Source of the DNA: a bacterium | GTDB lineage: Bacteria; Electryoneota; Electryoneia; Electryoneales; Electryoneaceae | Direction: 5' to 3' | Assembly (NCBI GenBank): GCA_043801585.1 | Contig: JAZDLX010000089.1 | Coordinates: 1-17,460 of the forward strand | DNA length: 17,460 nucleotides | Part shown: positions 9,708 to 17,460 of the stretch, piece by piece | Numbering within the stretch: position 1 is the stretch's first letter | Layout: every line of letters begins with the position of its first letter | Notes under the pieces: model-generated | What the model was told of the DNA's origin: nothing | The model's input: only the letters and a program-made list of their open reading frames with translations | The model's database searches: none | Made by a program: the position numbers and the translations under genes

Positions 9708-9887
9708 TTGAGCCTGCTGCGACGGCGTCGAGTACCCTGGTACGCTCACTTGTTCATGGTGATCGCGGTGATCTATGGTTTCGTCCAGAGCGAGAAACTG
9801 GCGCCGATGATCACCCGCGTGATGGACCTGGAATGGTGGTTCGACAAGATCAACATACTGCGCAGGAGGTTCGGGAGTTCGTTCTGA
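9708..9887 (+). CDS. Small (59 aa) single-pass membrane protein, unknown function
   Basis: TTG start after purine-rich GAAAGGGAAAGAGG. Translation: MSLLRRRRVPWYAHLFMVIAVIYGFVQSEKLAPMITRVMDLEWWFDKINILRRRFGSSF. Third codon positions are mostly G/C, it has an upstream promoter, and it fills the intergenic gap. Confidence 0.65.
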   Translation: MSLLRRRRVPWYAHLFMVIAVIYGFVQSEKLAPMITRVMDLEWWFDKINILRRRFGSSF

Positions 9888-9898
9888 TCCGTCAACGG

Positions 9899-11035
9899 CT
9901 ACATCGGTTTCCTTGAAGGCCATGGGCGGAGTTCGATGACAAACGCGGCACCCCCAAGTTTTTTCTGATCGGCAAACCGAATCGAGCCGCCGACAGTCAT
10001 CAGCAGGTAGCGCACAATTCCCAGCCCCATCCCGAAATGCCCGCTGTTCCTCTTCGTCGTTTGAAAATCCTTCCACAGAGTGTTTTTCATATCCGGGTGA
10101 ATGCCGGGGCCGTTGTCTTCAACGGTGACAAGCAGGATTGAGTCCTCTTCTTCAAGTTCGACACGAATTTTACCTCCGGTAGCGTCCTGAAGGGCTTCAG
10201 CAGCATTGCTGAAGAGGTGGAAGAAGATCAGTTCGTAGGCGTGGGGACCGCCCTGGATGGTCAGCGCGGGGAACGATCCTTTAAAAGTGGGAGAGAGGAA
10301 TTCCGGACTTGTCTCGAGAGTGATGTCCGGATGATCGGCGAGCACAACGTTGGCGGCGTTTCGTATTGCAGCATGAAGATCGCATCCCGCCTCAGGGTGA
10401 TCCTGAGCGTGCAGAAATTCGTGCCAACTGTCTGTTATCTTCCTGGCACTATCGATTCCTTTTGCAAGGAGCTTCTCTTTCGCGTTCAACTCCTCAGCGG
10501 ATACCTCATGATCCATTTCAATCATCTCGAACGAATTCTGGATTGCCGTGAGTGGGCTGTTGATGTCATGGAGCAGCCGCGCAGCGCCATGATGAAATCC
10601 GAGGCCTGAAGCGTTGTAAACTCCTTGATGGAAAAGTCGCTCAATGTGCAGAATTTTACGGTGGGCGCGATGCAAAAAGGGTTGCACGTGAGTCTGCACC
10701 TGGGAAAGGTCGAGCACCTCACCCGCCCCGGCACGGATTCCCACTTCGAAATGATCCCCGTTCAGCTTCGGGACGATCAGGCAAACCTGTGCAGTGGGAA
10801 GTACGCGAAGAACTGACCGCAGATCCTCTAACAATTCCTGTGACAACGATTCGGCCATCCAGAGCTGCAGCGGGAGATGCGAGGCTTCCTCAATGGAGGT
10901 GAACGGTTGACCTGTTTCAACCGTTTTCTCAATGACACCGACACCTTGACTTTCGATGGCACTTAATACCGGTTTGATGTCAATTGATGATGTGTGAATC
11001 AACAGCGGGGCATGGGTTGAATCAGAAAGCATCAT
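9899..11035 (-). CDS. Cytoplasmic histidine kinase with N-terminal degenerate receiver-like domain
   Basis: H-box LLHDINSPLTAI, N-box FHLFSNAAEAL, G1 VEDNGPGI, F-box DFQTTK, G2 GHFGMGLGIV. The N-terminal ~125 aa has a receiver-like pattern (GIRAGAGEVL). No TM segment. Confidence 0.85.
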   Translation of the reverse strand: MMLSDSTHAPLLIHTSSIDIKPVLSAIESQGVGVIEKTVETGQPFTSIEEASHLPLQLWMAESLSQELLEDLRSVLRVLPTAQVCLIVPKLNGDHFEVGIRAGAGEVLDLSQVQTHVQPFLHRAHRKILHIERLFHQGVYNASGLGFHHGAARLLHDINSPLTAIQNSFEMIEMDHEVSAEELNAKEKLLAKGIDSARKITDSWHEFLHAQDHPEAGCDLHAAIRNAANVVLADHPDITLETSPEFLSPTFKGSFPALTIQGGPHAYELIFFHLFSNAAEALQDATGGKIRVELEEEDSILLVTVEDNGPGIHPDMKNTLWKDFQTTKRNSGHFGMGLGIVRYLLMTVGGSIRFADQKKLGGAAFVIELRPWPSRKPM

Positions 11036-11056
11036 GCACTCTTTCAGTTGATGGAC

Positions 11057-11341
11057 AGAGTGGAAAATAGGGGGTGAATGGGGTGGATCAAACGATTAAA
11101 CGCACAACGGCCCGCCGTCTTCGGGGCAAGGCGCAGGGTTTGCCCCGTTTGGCGAGCCGTGTGCAGATCCCACAAACGACCTTGTTGGTCACTCTTGTTA
11201 TCGGTTTTTGTCGTTACCATCTGCTCTCGCTGAAAACCCTGCAAATGGGAACAAAAATCCACTCTCCTGCAGGCAACGATTCTTAAAGTTTTCGGTACAG
11301 GTACCAGGGAAATCCACCCCATCCGGAGCGACATCGTTGCC
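11057..11341 (-). ncRNA. Candidate structured RNA / 5' leader of the pseudo-receiver kinase (unassigned family)
   Basis: A 63-nt two-tier hairpin at 11102-11164 plus four perfect 8-11 bp inverted-repeat pairs. A possible -10 TATACT lies at 11353-11358 on the minus strand. The strand assignment is inferred. Confidence 0.4.
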
Positions 11342-11359
11342 CATCTTCTTCAAGTATAC

Positions 11360-11391
11360 AATAAGAATGTAATAGTAGAAATAACAATGTA
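11360..11391. promoter_or_regulatory. Tandem direct repeat, candidate regulator binding site
   Basis: AATAAGAATGTA (11360-11371) and AATAACAATGTA (11380-11391), 11/12 identical with a 20-nt period, in an AT-rich patch. Confidence 0.35.
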
Positions 11392-11563
11392 TAAGACGTG
11401 AAATACGACCTCCAGAAAGGATCCGGAACGGAGGAAACGTCACCGGGAAAATCGGGATACTTCAAGTGAAAAGGTCATAATATCCGATGTGGGTGTGCGA
11501 AGGAGGTGTAACAGGCTGTATCGTCTCCTCCAAATCACGCTTTACGCTTGCATTTTACCCACT

Positions 11564-11583
11564 AACTGTTCTTATGTTCAGTA
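11564..11583 (+). promoter_or_regulatory. LexA-binding SOS box (CTG-N10-CAG type) upstream of uvrA
   Basis: AACTGTTCTTATGTTCAGTA versus consensus TACTGTATATATATACAGTA, ending 40 nt before the uvrA start and downstream of a -35-like TTGCAT (11548-11553). Confidence 0.65.
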
Positions 11584-11622
11584 TCCGGTAAATGCACGAC
11601 AACCCTTGAGCGGACGACAGGC

Positions 11623-14481
11623 ATGGCCCCTCACGAACCAGACACGCTGACAATTCGCGGCGCACGCGAACATAACCTGAAAAACATTGACGTGACGATT
11701 CCCCGCAACCGCCTCAGTGTGATTACGGGGCTGAGCGGAAGCGGAAAATCCTCTCTCGCCTTCGATACACTCTACGCTGAAGGACAACGCCGGTACGTCG
11801 AATCGCTATCCGCCTATGCCCGCCAGTTCCTTGGCCTGATGGAGAAACCGGATGTCGACATGATCGAGGGGTTGAGCCCGGCGATCAGCATCGAACAGAA
11901 GGCGACCAGTCGCAACCCCCGTTCGACCGTAGCCACGGTGACCGAGATCTACGATTATCTGCGCCTCCTGTTCGCTCGGATCGGTGTGATCTACTGTCCC
12001 AACTGCGGAAAACGGATCGAACGTCAGACTATCCAGCAGATCACCGATGCCGTGCTCACTTTCCCGGAGGGAACGAAAATCCAGGTGCTGGCGCCGGTCG
12101 TTCGCGGGCGCAAGGGTGAGTACAGGAAGATGATCGAGGAAATCGAACGCGACGGCTTTGTTCGCATGCGCGTGGATGGCAAGGTCCATCTCATCGGTGA
12201 AATTCCGGCCATCGACAAGAAACGGAAGCACACGCTCGAAATCGTGGTCGATCGCCTGGTGATCAAGAAAGAGATCAAGAACCGGCTGACCGACTCGATC
12301 GAGGTTGCCCTGCAACACGCGGAAGGGCTTGTCACGATTCTCACCGAAGAGGGGGAAGAGAAGCTCTACTCCGAACTCTACGGTTGCCACGAGTGCAACA
12401 TTTTCTTCGAGGAGCCGCAGCCGAGAAACTTTTCGTTCAACAGCCCTTTCGGCGCCTGCCCCGTCTGTGACGGTCTCGGTTTCAAGATGGAAATCGACCC
12501 GCGCCGGATCGTTCCCAATGCGGCGAAATCGATCCGTGAAGGCGCCGTTGAAAGTCTCGGAAGCCCGCGGGAAGCCTGGTATTTCCGGATGCTCGAACAG
12601 GTTGCGCGCTATTACAGATTCTCGCTGAACACCGCTTGGCACAAACTGACCAAGATGCAGCAGGATATCGTTCTTTTCGGAAGCCCGGACAAGCTCCGCT
12701 TCCGCTGGGAACGGCAGTCCGAGAAGTCGAGCGGCACCTGGGATTACCAGGCGAAGTGGGAGGGGGTGATCCCGAACCTGGAGCGCCGCTACCGTCAGAC
12801 CTCGTCCGGCTACATCCGTGAGTGGATCGAGGAATTCATGGGCCGGGTGCCCTGCAATGTCTGTGGCGGCAAACGATTGAAACCGGAATCCCTCTCGGTA
12901 CGCATCGCTGACAGCAACATCGCCGATGTCACCGAACTTTCGATCCGCGAATCACTGGAATTCCTCAACAATCTCCAGCTTTCCGAGCGGAATCAGACCA
13001 TCGCCGCGCAGGTGCTGAAGGAAGTACGGGAACGACTCGGCTTTCTGGTCAACGTCGGACTCGATTACCTCTCGCTGGACCGTTCCGCCGGCAGTCTGTC
13101 GGGCGGCGAAGCGCAACGCATCCGTCTGGCGACACAAATCGGCAGCCAACTGGTCGGCGTGCTCTACATCCTCGACGAACCCTCCATCGGCCTTCACCAG
13201 CGTGACAATGACCGGCTGATCTCCACCCTCGAACGGCTGCGCGACCTCGGCAACACGGTCATTGTCGTCGAACATGACCGGGAAACGATCGAACGGGCGG
13301 ATTACGTGGTCGATCTCGGGCCGGGTGCTGGACGGCACGGTGGAGAAGTCGTCGCCCAGGGAACCCCGAAGCAGATCATGCGAGTCGGACGCAGCATTAC
13401 AGGCCGTTACCTCTCGGGGGCCGAATCCATCGAGGTTCCCGTAAAACGCCACACACCGGTGAAAAACCGTTGGATCACGATCCGCAACGCCCGGGGCCAT
13501 AACCTGAAAAACGTGGAAGCCCGATTTCCTCTCGGGTTGTTCACCGTGGTCACCGGTGTCTCCGGATCGGGAAAATCGACGCTGGTCAACGAAACTCTGT
13601 TCCCGGCGCTGTCGAGGACGCTCAACGGCAGCCGTGAGGTGCCCCTTCCGCACGATGAAATCCTCGGGATGAAATATGTCGACAAGGTTGTGGACATCGA
13701 CCAGTCACCCATCGGGCGTACACCCCGCAGCAACCCGGCGACCTACACCGGCATTTTCACAGACATCCGCGACCTATTCTCGCAGGTTCCCGAAGCCCGC
13801 GCCCGGGGATACAAAGCCGGACGGTTCAGTTTCAACGTCAAAGGGGGGCGCTGCGAACACTGCCAGGGCGATGGCATCATCAAGATCGAGATGCATTTCC
13901 TCCCGGACGTTTATGTCACTTGTGAGGAGTGCCGCGGCAAGCGGTACAACCGTGAGACGCTGGAGGTGAAGTATCGCGGGAAGTCCATCGCCGATATCCT
14001 CGATATGACCGTGGAAGAGGCCCATGAGTTTTTCAAACCGATCCCCAAGCTGAAGCGGAAACTGAAGGTTCTGAACGACGTCGGCCTTGGCTACATCCAC
14101 CTCGGCCAGCAGGCGACCACCCTCTCAGGGGGCGAGGCGCAGCGTGTGAAGCTGGCGAGCGAACTCGGCAAGGTCGCCACAGGCAACACCGTCTACATCC
14201 TCGACGAACCGACGACAGGCCTCCATTTCGCCGACGTCAAACTGCTGTTGAAAGTGCTCCGGAAACTGGTTGACAAGGGCAACACGGTGATCGTCATCGA
14301 GCACAATCTGGACGTGATCAAGACCGCCGACTGGATCATCGACCTCGGACCTGAGGGGGGAGACAACGGAGGGGAGATCATCGCTGCGGGTAGCCCGGAG
14401 GACGTCGCCAAGGTCAAGACGAGCTTCACCGGCCAGTTTCTCAAGCGAGAGCTGAAAAAAGGTGATACAGTAGCGGCGTAG
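11623..14481 (+). CDS. uvrA: Excinuclease ABC subunit A
   Basis: [41 protein letters not shown], two LSGGEAQR signatures, second Walker [10 protein letters not shown] and Zn-finger CxxC pairs; 952 aa. Confidence 0.99.
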   Translation: MAPHEPDTLTIRGAREHNLKNIDVTIPRNRLSVITGLSGSGKSSLAFDTLYAEGQRRYVESLSAYARQFLGLMEKPDVDMIEGLSPAISIEQKATSRNPRSTVATVTEIYDYLRLLFARIGVIYCPNCGKRIERQTIQQITDAVLTFPEGTKIQVLAPVVRGRKGEYRKMIEEIERDGFVRMRVDGKVHLIGEIPAIDKKRKHTLEIVVDRLVIKKEIKNRLTDSIEVALQHAEGLVTILTEEGEEKLYSELYGCHECNIFFEEPQPRNFSFNSPFGACPVCDGLGFKMEIDPRRIVPNAAKSIREGAVESLGSPREAWYFRMLEQVARYYRFSLNTAWHKLTKMQQDIVLFGSPDKLRFRWERQSEKSSGTWDYQAKWEGVIPNLERRYRQTSSGYIREWIEEFMGRVPCNVCGGKRLKPESLSVRIADSNIADVTELSIRESLEFLNNLQLSERNQTIAAQVLKEVRERLGFLVNVGLDYLSLDRSAGSLSGGEAQRIRLATQIGSQLVGVLYILDEPSIGLHQRDNDRLISTLERLRDLGNTVIVVEHDRETIERADYVVDLGPGAGRHGGEVVAQGTPKQIMRVGRSITGRYLSGAESIEVPVKRHTPVKNRWITIRNARGHNLKNVEARFPLGLFTVVTGVSGSGKSTLVNETLFPALSRTLNGSREVPLPHDEILGMKYVDKVVDIDQSPIGRTPRSNPATYTGIFTDIRDLFSQVPEARARGYKAGRFSFNVKGGRCEHCQGDGIIKIEMHFLPDVYVTCEECRGKRYNRETLEVKYRGKSIADILDMTVEEAHEFFKPIPKLKRKLKVLNDVGLGYIHLGQQATTLSGGEAQRVKLASELGKVATGNTVYILDEPTTGLHFADVKLLLKVLRKLVDKGNTVIVIEHNLDVIKTADWIIDLGPEGGDNGGEIIAAGSPEDVAKVKTSFTGQFLKRELKKGDTVAA

Positions 14482-14533
14482 TCCGGTGGTCTCGTTGGCA
14501 TCATAACGCGGTTTTATTTCTGTTGCCGAACGG

Positions 14534-14608
14534 GTGGCCCGACTTGCTTGTCAAGTCGGGTTTCTTTCGCGTTTCTTCAAGAGACCCGACCCTAAAGTGT
14601 CGGGCCAC
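14534..14608. repeat. REP doublet (REPIN-like, GTGG type)
   Basis: Perfect 10-bp terminal inverted repeat GTGGCCCGAC/GTCGGGCCAC, and each half forms its own CCCGAC...GTCGGG hairpin. Confidence 0.7.
14538..14567 (+). terminator. Intrinsic terminator-like hairpin downstream of uvrA
   Basis: 9-bp stem CCCGACTTG-CTTGT-CAAGTCGGG followed by TTTCTTT. Confidence 0.55.
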
Positions 14609-14676
14609 ACTCTCCTGTATTATCTTGGTGAGATGTCGAAAAACATCTTTCCTGACGCGGGTTTCCGCCGTATGAG

Positions 14677-17058
14677 CTATTTCAGAAGCACTACCTTGCG
14701 TGTGTCAACCGCTCCCCCGGGACCGGCGGCCCGCACGAAATAGATCCCGCTTGCCAGCCCACGGCCGTCGAAAACGAAACGCGAACGCCCCGTCTGCCGC
14801 TCCCCGTCCGCGAGAACGGCAACCTGCCGTCCGAGCAGATCGTAGACACGCAGGCTAAGGTGTCCCTGTGCCGGGAGGGCGAGGGTGATTGTCGTCGTCG
14901 GGTTGAACGGGTTCGGGTAGGCGCTCTCGATGGCGAAACGGGAGGGCAGAGACGAACCCGGTGTCTCCGGCGTCGAGGCCCACTGCCAATCGGTGGAATC
15001 CGCCCAGATGGTCACCCAGGCTTCCCGCATGCCGTTGCCATTGTCGACAAAGGGGACCCGGAAAGAGAACTGCTCACGCAGGTTGAACTGAGGTTGCGTT
15101 TCCGGATTCTCTCGATAATCGCCGATGCTCGCGTAGAGACCCACGGTGGGATCGGGGTACTCACCTCCCTCGGTGGTGTCGATTCCGGAAAGCTGTACTT
15201 CGATGCTGTCAGGCAGACTATTGTCTCCACGAACATGCCAGGTCCAGACGGGTTTTGTGGAACGGTTGTTTGAGCGGAAATCATGATACAGGGCGTCCGA
15301 GTGTGGACTTATTCCCACCACGCTCCAGGCGCTGAAAACGGTGTCGAAGAGGGAAAAATGCAGGGCGTCGCGAGGGTCGTAATAGTCACTGCGATCCGGC
15401 CCGAGCCCAAACAGGTGTCCATCATCCCTGACAAGGGTGTCAGCACTTTCCACGGTCTGGAAAGCGACCTGCAGTACCCAATCTGTTGTCGCGAGTGGAT
15501 CATAAAGCGATTCGAGGTTCCGGTCGGGTGGAACCTGCCATTCTCCATTGCCATTCACAATGATCGCCCCCTGCCACGGTTGCAGCACGCCAGATGTGGG
15601 AATGTAACGGCCGTTCGGTCTCAGGACGAGAGCCCATTCGGACGCCCCTTCGTCGAGGAATGACTGTCCATCAATTTTTGTGTGCTGAAGATGGATGGGG
15701 TAGGGAAACGGATTTGCGACGAACGTCAAAGTTTGGAAAAAATCCATTGCGATTAAATCGGGCATACTTCGAGTGAACGTCTCGTTCTGGGGAAGCGCGT
15801 GACCGTCCGCGTTCACCGTGAAGCTGGGAGTCTGTCGCTGACGCAGGATGTAACCGCGGCCAGGTTCAAGTGTGAATGCCGAATCGGTTACTCCAGAAAA
15901 CGAACTATACATGAAATCCGTAAAAACGTTCCAGGTTGAGTCGCTGGGAGGTGTGCCGAAATCGTCGCCGAACACGCTGGTCGGATTCGTGTTGGACGGT
16001 TGGACGGGCACGCCGATGAAGTAGAGGGAATTGCGGTCGAGTGTGAAGTTCGAGCCGCTGATCGTCGCAGAAGAGGTGCCACCGAAAGCGCCGGCATTCA
16101 CCACGTCGCCGTTGGGAGTCGGTTCGTCGGATACCTCGTCATCAAGGTTCCCGGCATCCACCGCGATGGATCCTTCGAGAACGGAGAAGTCGCCGTGTGC
16201 GGCATCCGTAAAGAGTGGATCGCCCCAAACGTTTCCCATGCCCGTCCAGGCGACCCCGCCGGTGTTTTCGACAACGCTGTAGGAAACCGTGACACTGCCG
16301 CTGATCGTTGCGGTGAGTCCATCCAGCGAGGGGTTGCCCCAGACGATGGAGTTTTTCAGGACCGCGGTTCCAGTGCCCGTCGATGAAACGGACGCGGCAT
16401 CGGGGGAATAGGTACTGCTGTTGCCGATGATGGTGAGGTTGGCGAGCAGAGGGGAAGCGTTGACAATCGCCATCGCACCCCCTTCAAAATCTGAAACGTT
16501 GCCGCGAACGATGCTGTTTCGAAGGATGATGTTGGTTGCGTTCGCAATCAGCACCCCGCCACCGAGACCGTTCGACGAGGAGGTCTTGCCGGGAATCGAG
16601 CTGGCTACGTTGTCCTTGATTTCAACGTATTGCAGGGTAATCCGATCCGCGTAGGTTCCGATGATGATGCCGCCGCCCTGGGGTGAGTAGCCGCCCTTCA
16701 CGGTGAGCCGTTCCACCGTGATCAGGGTGTCACCTGCGAACGTCAGGACGTTTCCGGATTGGCCGAGGCCATCGAGAACGGTTGCACCCATTCCACTGCC
16801 GGAGAGGGTTGTGCTGTCAGGAAAGCTGATCGGGAACAGTTCGTCGGATCGTGTCCAGGTGCCTGCTGACAGGTGAATCGTGTGCGGTCTGCCGGGGGTC
16901 GTGTCGGAGACCGCAACGGCGTACCCGATGGTGCGGAAGGGCGTGAATTCCCCTCCACGGTCAGGCGCATCGGTGCCGTTGGTCGCCACGTAGAAATCGG
17001 CGGCTATTGCGGTCGATGCAAGCAGAAGTAACACGGCAACCGGAACAAACCTGTGCAT
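14677..17058 (-). CDS. Secreted protein: signal peptide, DUF1565/right-handed beta-helix (pectin-lyase-like fold), choice-of-anchor-Q-like segment, C-terminal T9SS type-A/FlgD-Ig-like sorting domain
   Basis: ATG 17058 follows GGAGGA. Signal peptide MHRFVPVAVLLLLASTAIA. Motifs DFYVATNGTD...PFRTIGYAV, GGG/N-ladder repeats, DPLF...GDFSVLEGSIAVDAG, and C-terminal AYPNPFNPTTTI...VYDLLGRQV...LASGIYFVR...RKVVLLK. Confidence 0.88.
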   Translation of the reverse strand: MHRFVPVAVLLLLASTAIAADFYVATNGTDAPDRGGEFTPFRTIGYAVAVSDTTPGRPHTIHLSAGTWTRSDELFPISFPDSTTLSGSGMGATVLDGLGQSGNVLTFAGDTLITVERLTVKGGYSPQGGGIIIGTYADRITLQYVEIKDNVASSIPGKTSSSNGLGGGVLIANATNIILRNSIVRGNVSDFEGGAMAIVNASPLLANLTIIGNSSTYSPDAASVSSTGTGTAVLKNSIVWGNPSLDGLTATISGSVTVSYSVVENTGGVAWTGMGNVWGDPLFTDAAHGDFSVLEGSIAVDAGNLDDEVSDEPTPNGDVVNAGAFGGTSSATISGSNFTLDRNSLYFIGVPVQPSNTNPTSVFGDDFGTPPSDSTWNVFTDFMYSSFSGVTDSAFTLEPGRGYILRQRQTPSFTVNADGHALPQNETFTRSMPDLIAMDFFQTLTFVANPFPYPIHLQHTKIDGQSFLDEGASEWALVLRPNGRYIPTSGVLQPWQGAIIVNGNGEWQVPPDRNLESLYDPLATTDWVLQVAFQTVESADTLVRDDGHLFGLGPDRSDYYDPRDALHFSLFDTVFSAWSVVGISPHSDALYHDFRSNNRSTKPVWTWHVRGDNSLPDSIEVQLSGIDTTEGGEYPDPTVGLYASIGDYRENPETQPQFNLREQFSFRVPFVDNGNGMREAWVTIWADSTDWQWASTPETPGSSLPSRFAIESAYPNPFNPTTTITLALPAQGHLSLRVYDLLGRQVAVLADGERQTGRSRFVFDGRGLASGIYFVRAAGPGGAVDTRKVVLLK

Positions 17059-17085
17059 GAATCCTCCAGACAACCTCACTTAACG

Positions 17086-17351
17086 TTCCGCTGGGTTCAC
17101 TGACTTGACGGAATTCAAGTTCCGTCAGGTTTTCAGACCTGACGGAAATACTCGTTCATTGCGCTCACTCTTTGTCATCCCTCGGCTTGACCGGGGGATC
17201 CGGATTGCCGGACAAACTGATCCTTCCCTGTGGATTGCCCGGTCGAGCCGGGCAATGACAACAAAGATAGATACAGTTTTGATGGTTCGGCCATCCGGCG
17301 CTTCGGAACGGGTTTCTACCATGATCCGTCAGATTTTCAAACCCGAAAGAA
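17086..17351. repeat. Three copies of a 28-nt REP-like palindrome
   Basis: Perfect copy TTCCGTCAGGT-TTTCAG-ACCTGACGGAA at 17120-17147. Decayed copies at 17086-17113 (7 mismatches) and 17324-17351 (6 mismatches). Confidence 0.65.
17172..17261. repeat. GTCAT-type palindromic element (RPE-4-like REP doublet)
   Basis: TTGTCATCCCTCGGCTTGACCGGGGGATCC and inverted TTGTCATTGCCCGGCTCGACCGGGCAATCC. It translates to the characteristic VIARLDRAI, IPRSSRGMT and DPPVKPRDD peptides. Confidence 0.8.
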
Positions 17352-17404
17352 TGCAACAGGATGGCCCAGCCAGCTCGATAGCCGGGTTTCAAGTATCATC
17401 AATT

Positions 17405-17460
17405 GTGGCGCGGGCGTCCCTGCCCGCGACGAATCAGCACCTGGCGGGCACAGAAGCCCG
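17405..17460. repeat. Second GTGG-type REP doublet, truncated by the window edge
   Basis: GTGG followed by the CGCGGGC-GTCCCT-GCCCGCG hairpin, then GCGGGC-ACAGAA-GCCCG. Confidence 0.6.

Noticed and set aside
7800..9916. Plus-strand 352-aa, 153-aa and 240-aa ORFs
   Set aside because: They are antisense to citDE or overlap the response regulator, and are Arg-rich shadow frames.
9534..10076. N-terminal 181 aa of the 589-aa ORF in the track
   Set aside because: It overlaps the kinase gene and is antisense to the 59-aa ORF, with non-protein-like composition. A good SD plus ATG at 9533 coincides with the start of CitD similarity.
11102..11164. c-di-GMP-I riboswitch suggested by GGCAAACC
   Set aside because: It lacks the GAAA-capped stem and the following GGGACGCAAAGC-type motif.
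11044..11334. 96-aa ORF (or 58-aa from ATG 11220) upstream of the kinase
   Set aside because: It has no recognisable motif and a weak SD, and the region is better explained by RNA structure. It is not fully excluded as a leader peptide.
11036..11622. RNase P, tmRNA, SRP or cobalamin riboswitch in the large intergenic region
   Set aside because: Their conserved signature sequences were not found by eye on either strand. A covariance-model search would be needed to exclude divergent families such as 6S.
11806..14504. Minus-strand ORFs inside uvrA
   Set aside because: They are typical antisense shadows of a GC3-rich gene.
17086..17351. CRISPR array suggested by 28-nt palindromic repeats
   Set aside because: Spacing is irregular (6 nt and 176 nt), the copies are degenerate, and no cas genes are present.
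17125..17392. 65-aa and 75-aa ORFs
   Set aside because: They are translations of palindromic repeat elements.

Overview
A 17.5-kb bacterial chromosomal window, probably from an FCB-superphylum organism. This is an inference from the 'AYPNPFNP' secretion-type C-terminal domain and is not a firm assignment. Genes from left to right: a BcrAB-like ABC exporter (minus strand, permease cut by the window edge), osmC, a RimJ/RimL-type GNAT acetyltransferase, DUF1697, and a large membrane-bound Cache/PAS histidine kinase with an Rcp1-like single-domain response regulator. These are followed by a stand-alone CitD(ACP)-CitE citrate lyase fusion, a 59-aa membrane protein missed by the ORF track, a cytoplasmic pseudo-receiver histidine kinase, uvrA with an E. 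coli-type SOS box, and a secreted DUF1565/beta-helix protein. Several kinds of REP-like palindromes flank the secreted-protein gene. The most interesting unexplained signal is a ~300-nt non-coding stretch (11057-11341) upstream of the pseudo-receiver kinase. It contains a long hairpin plus several perfect long-range complementarities, some mutually exclusive, which suggests a switch-like structured RNA. No rRNA, tRNA, CRISPR array or transposase was seen.
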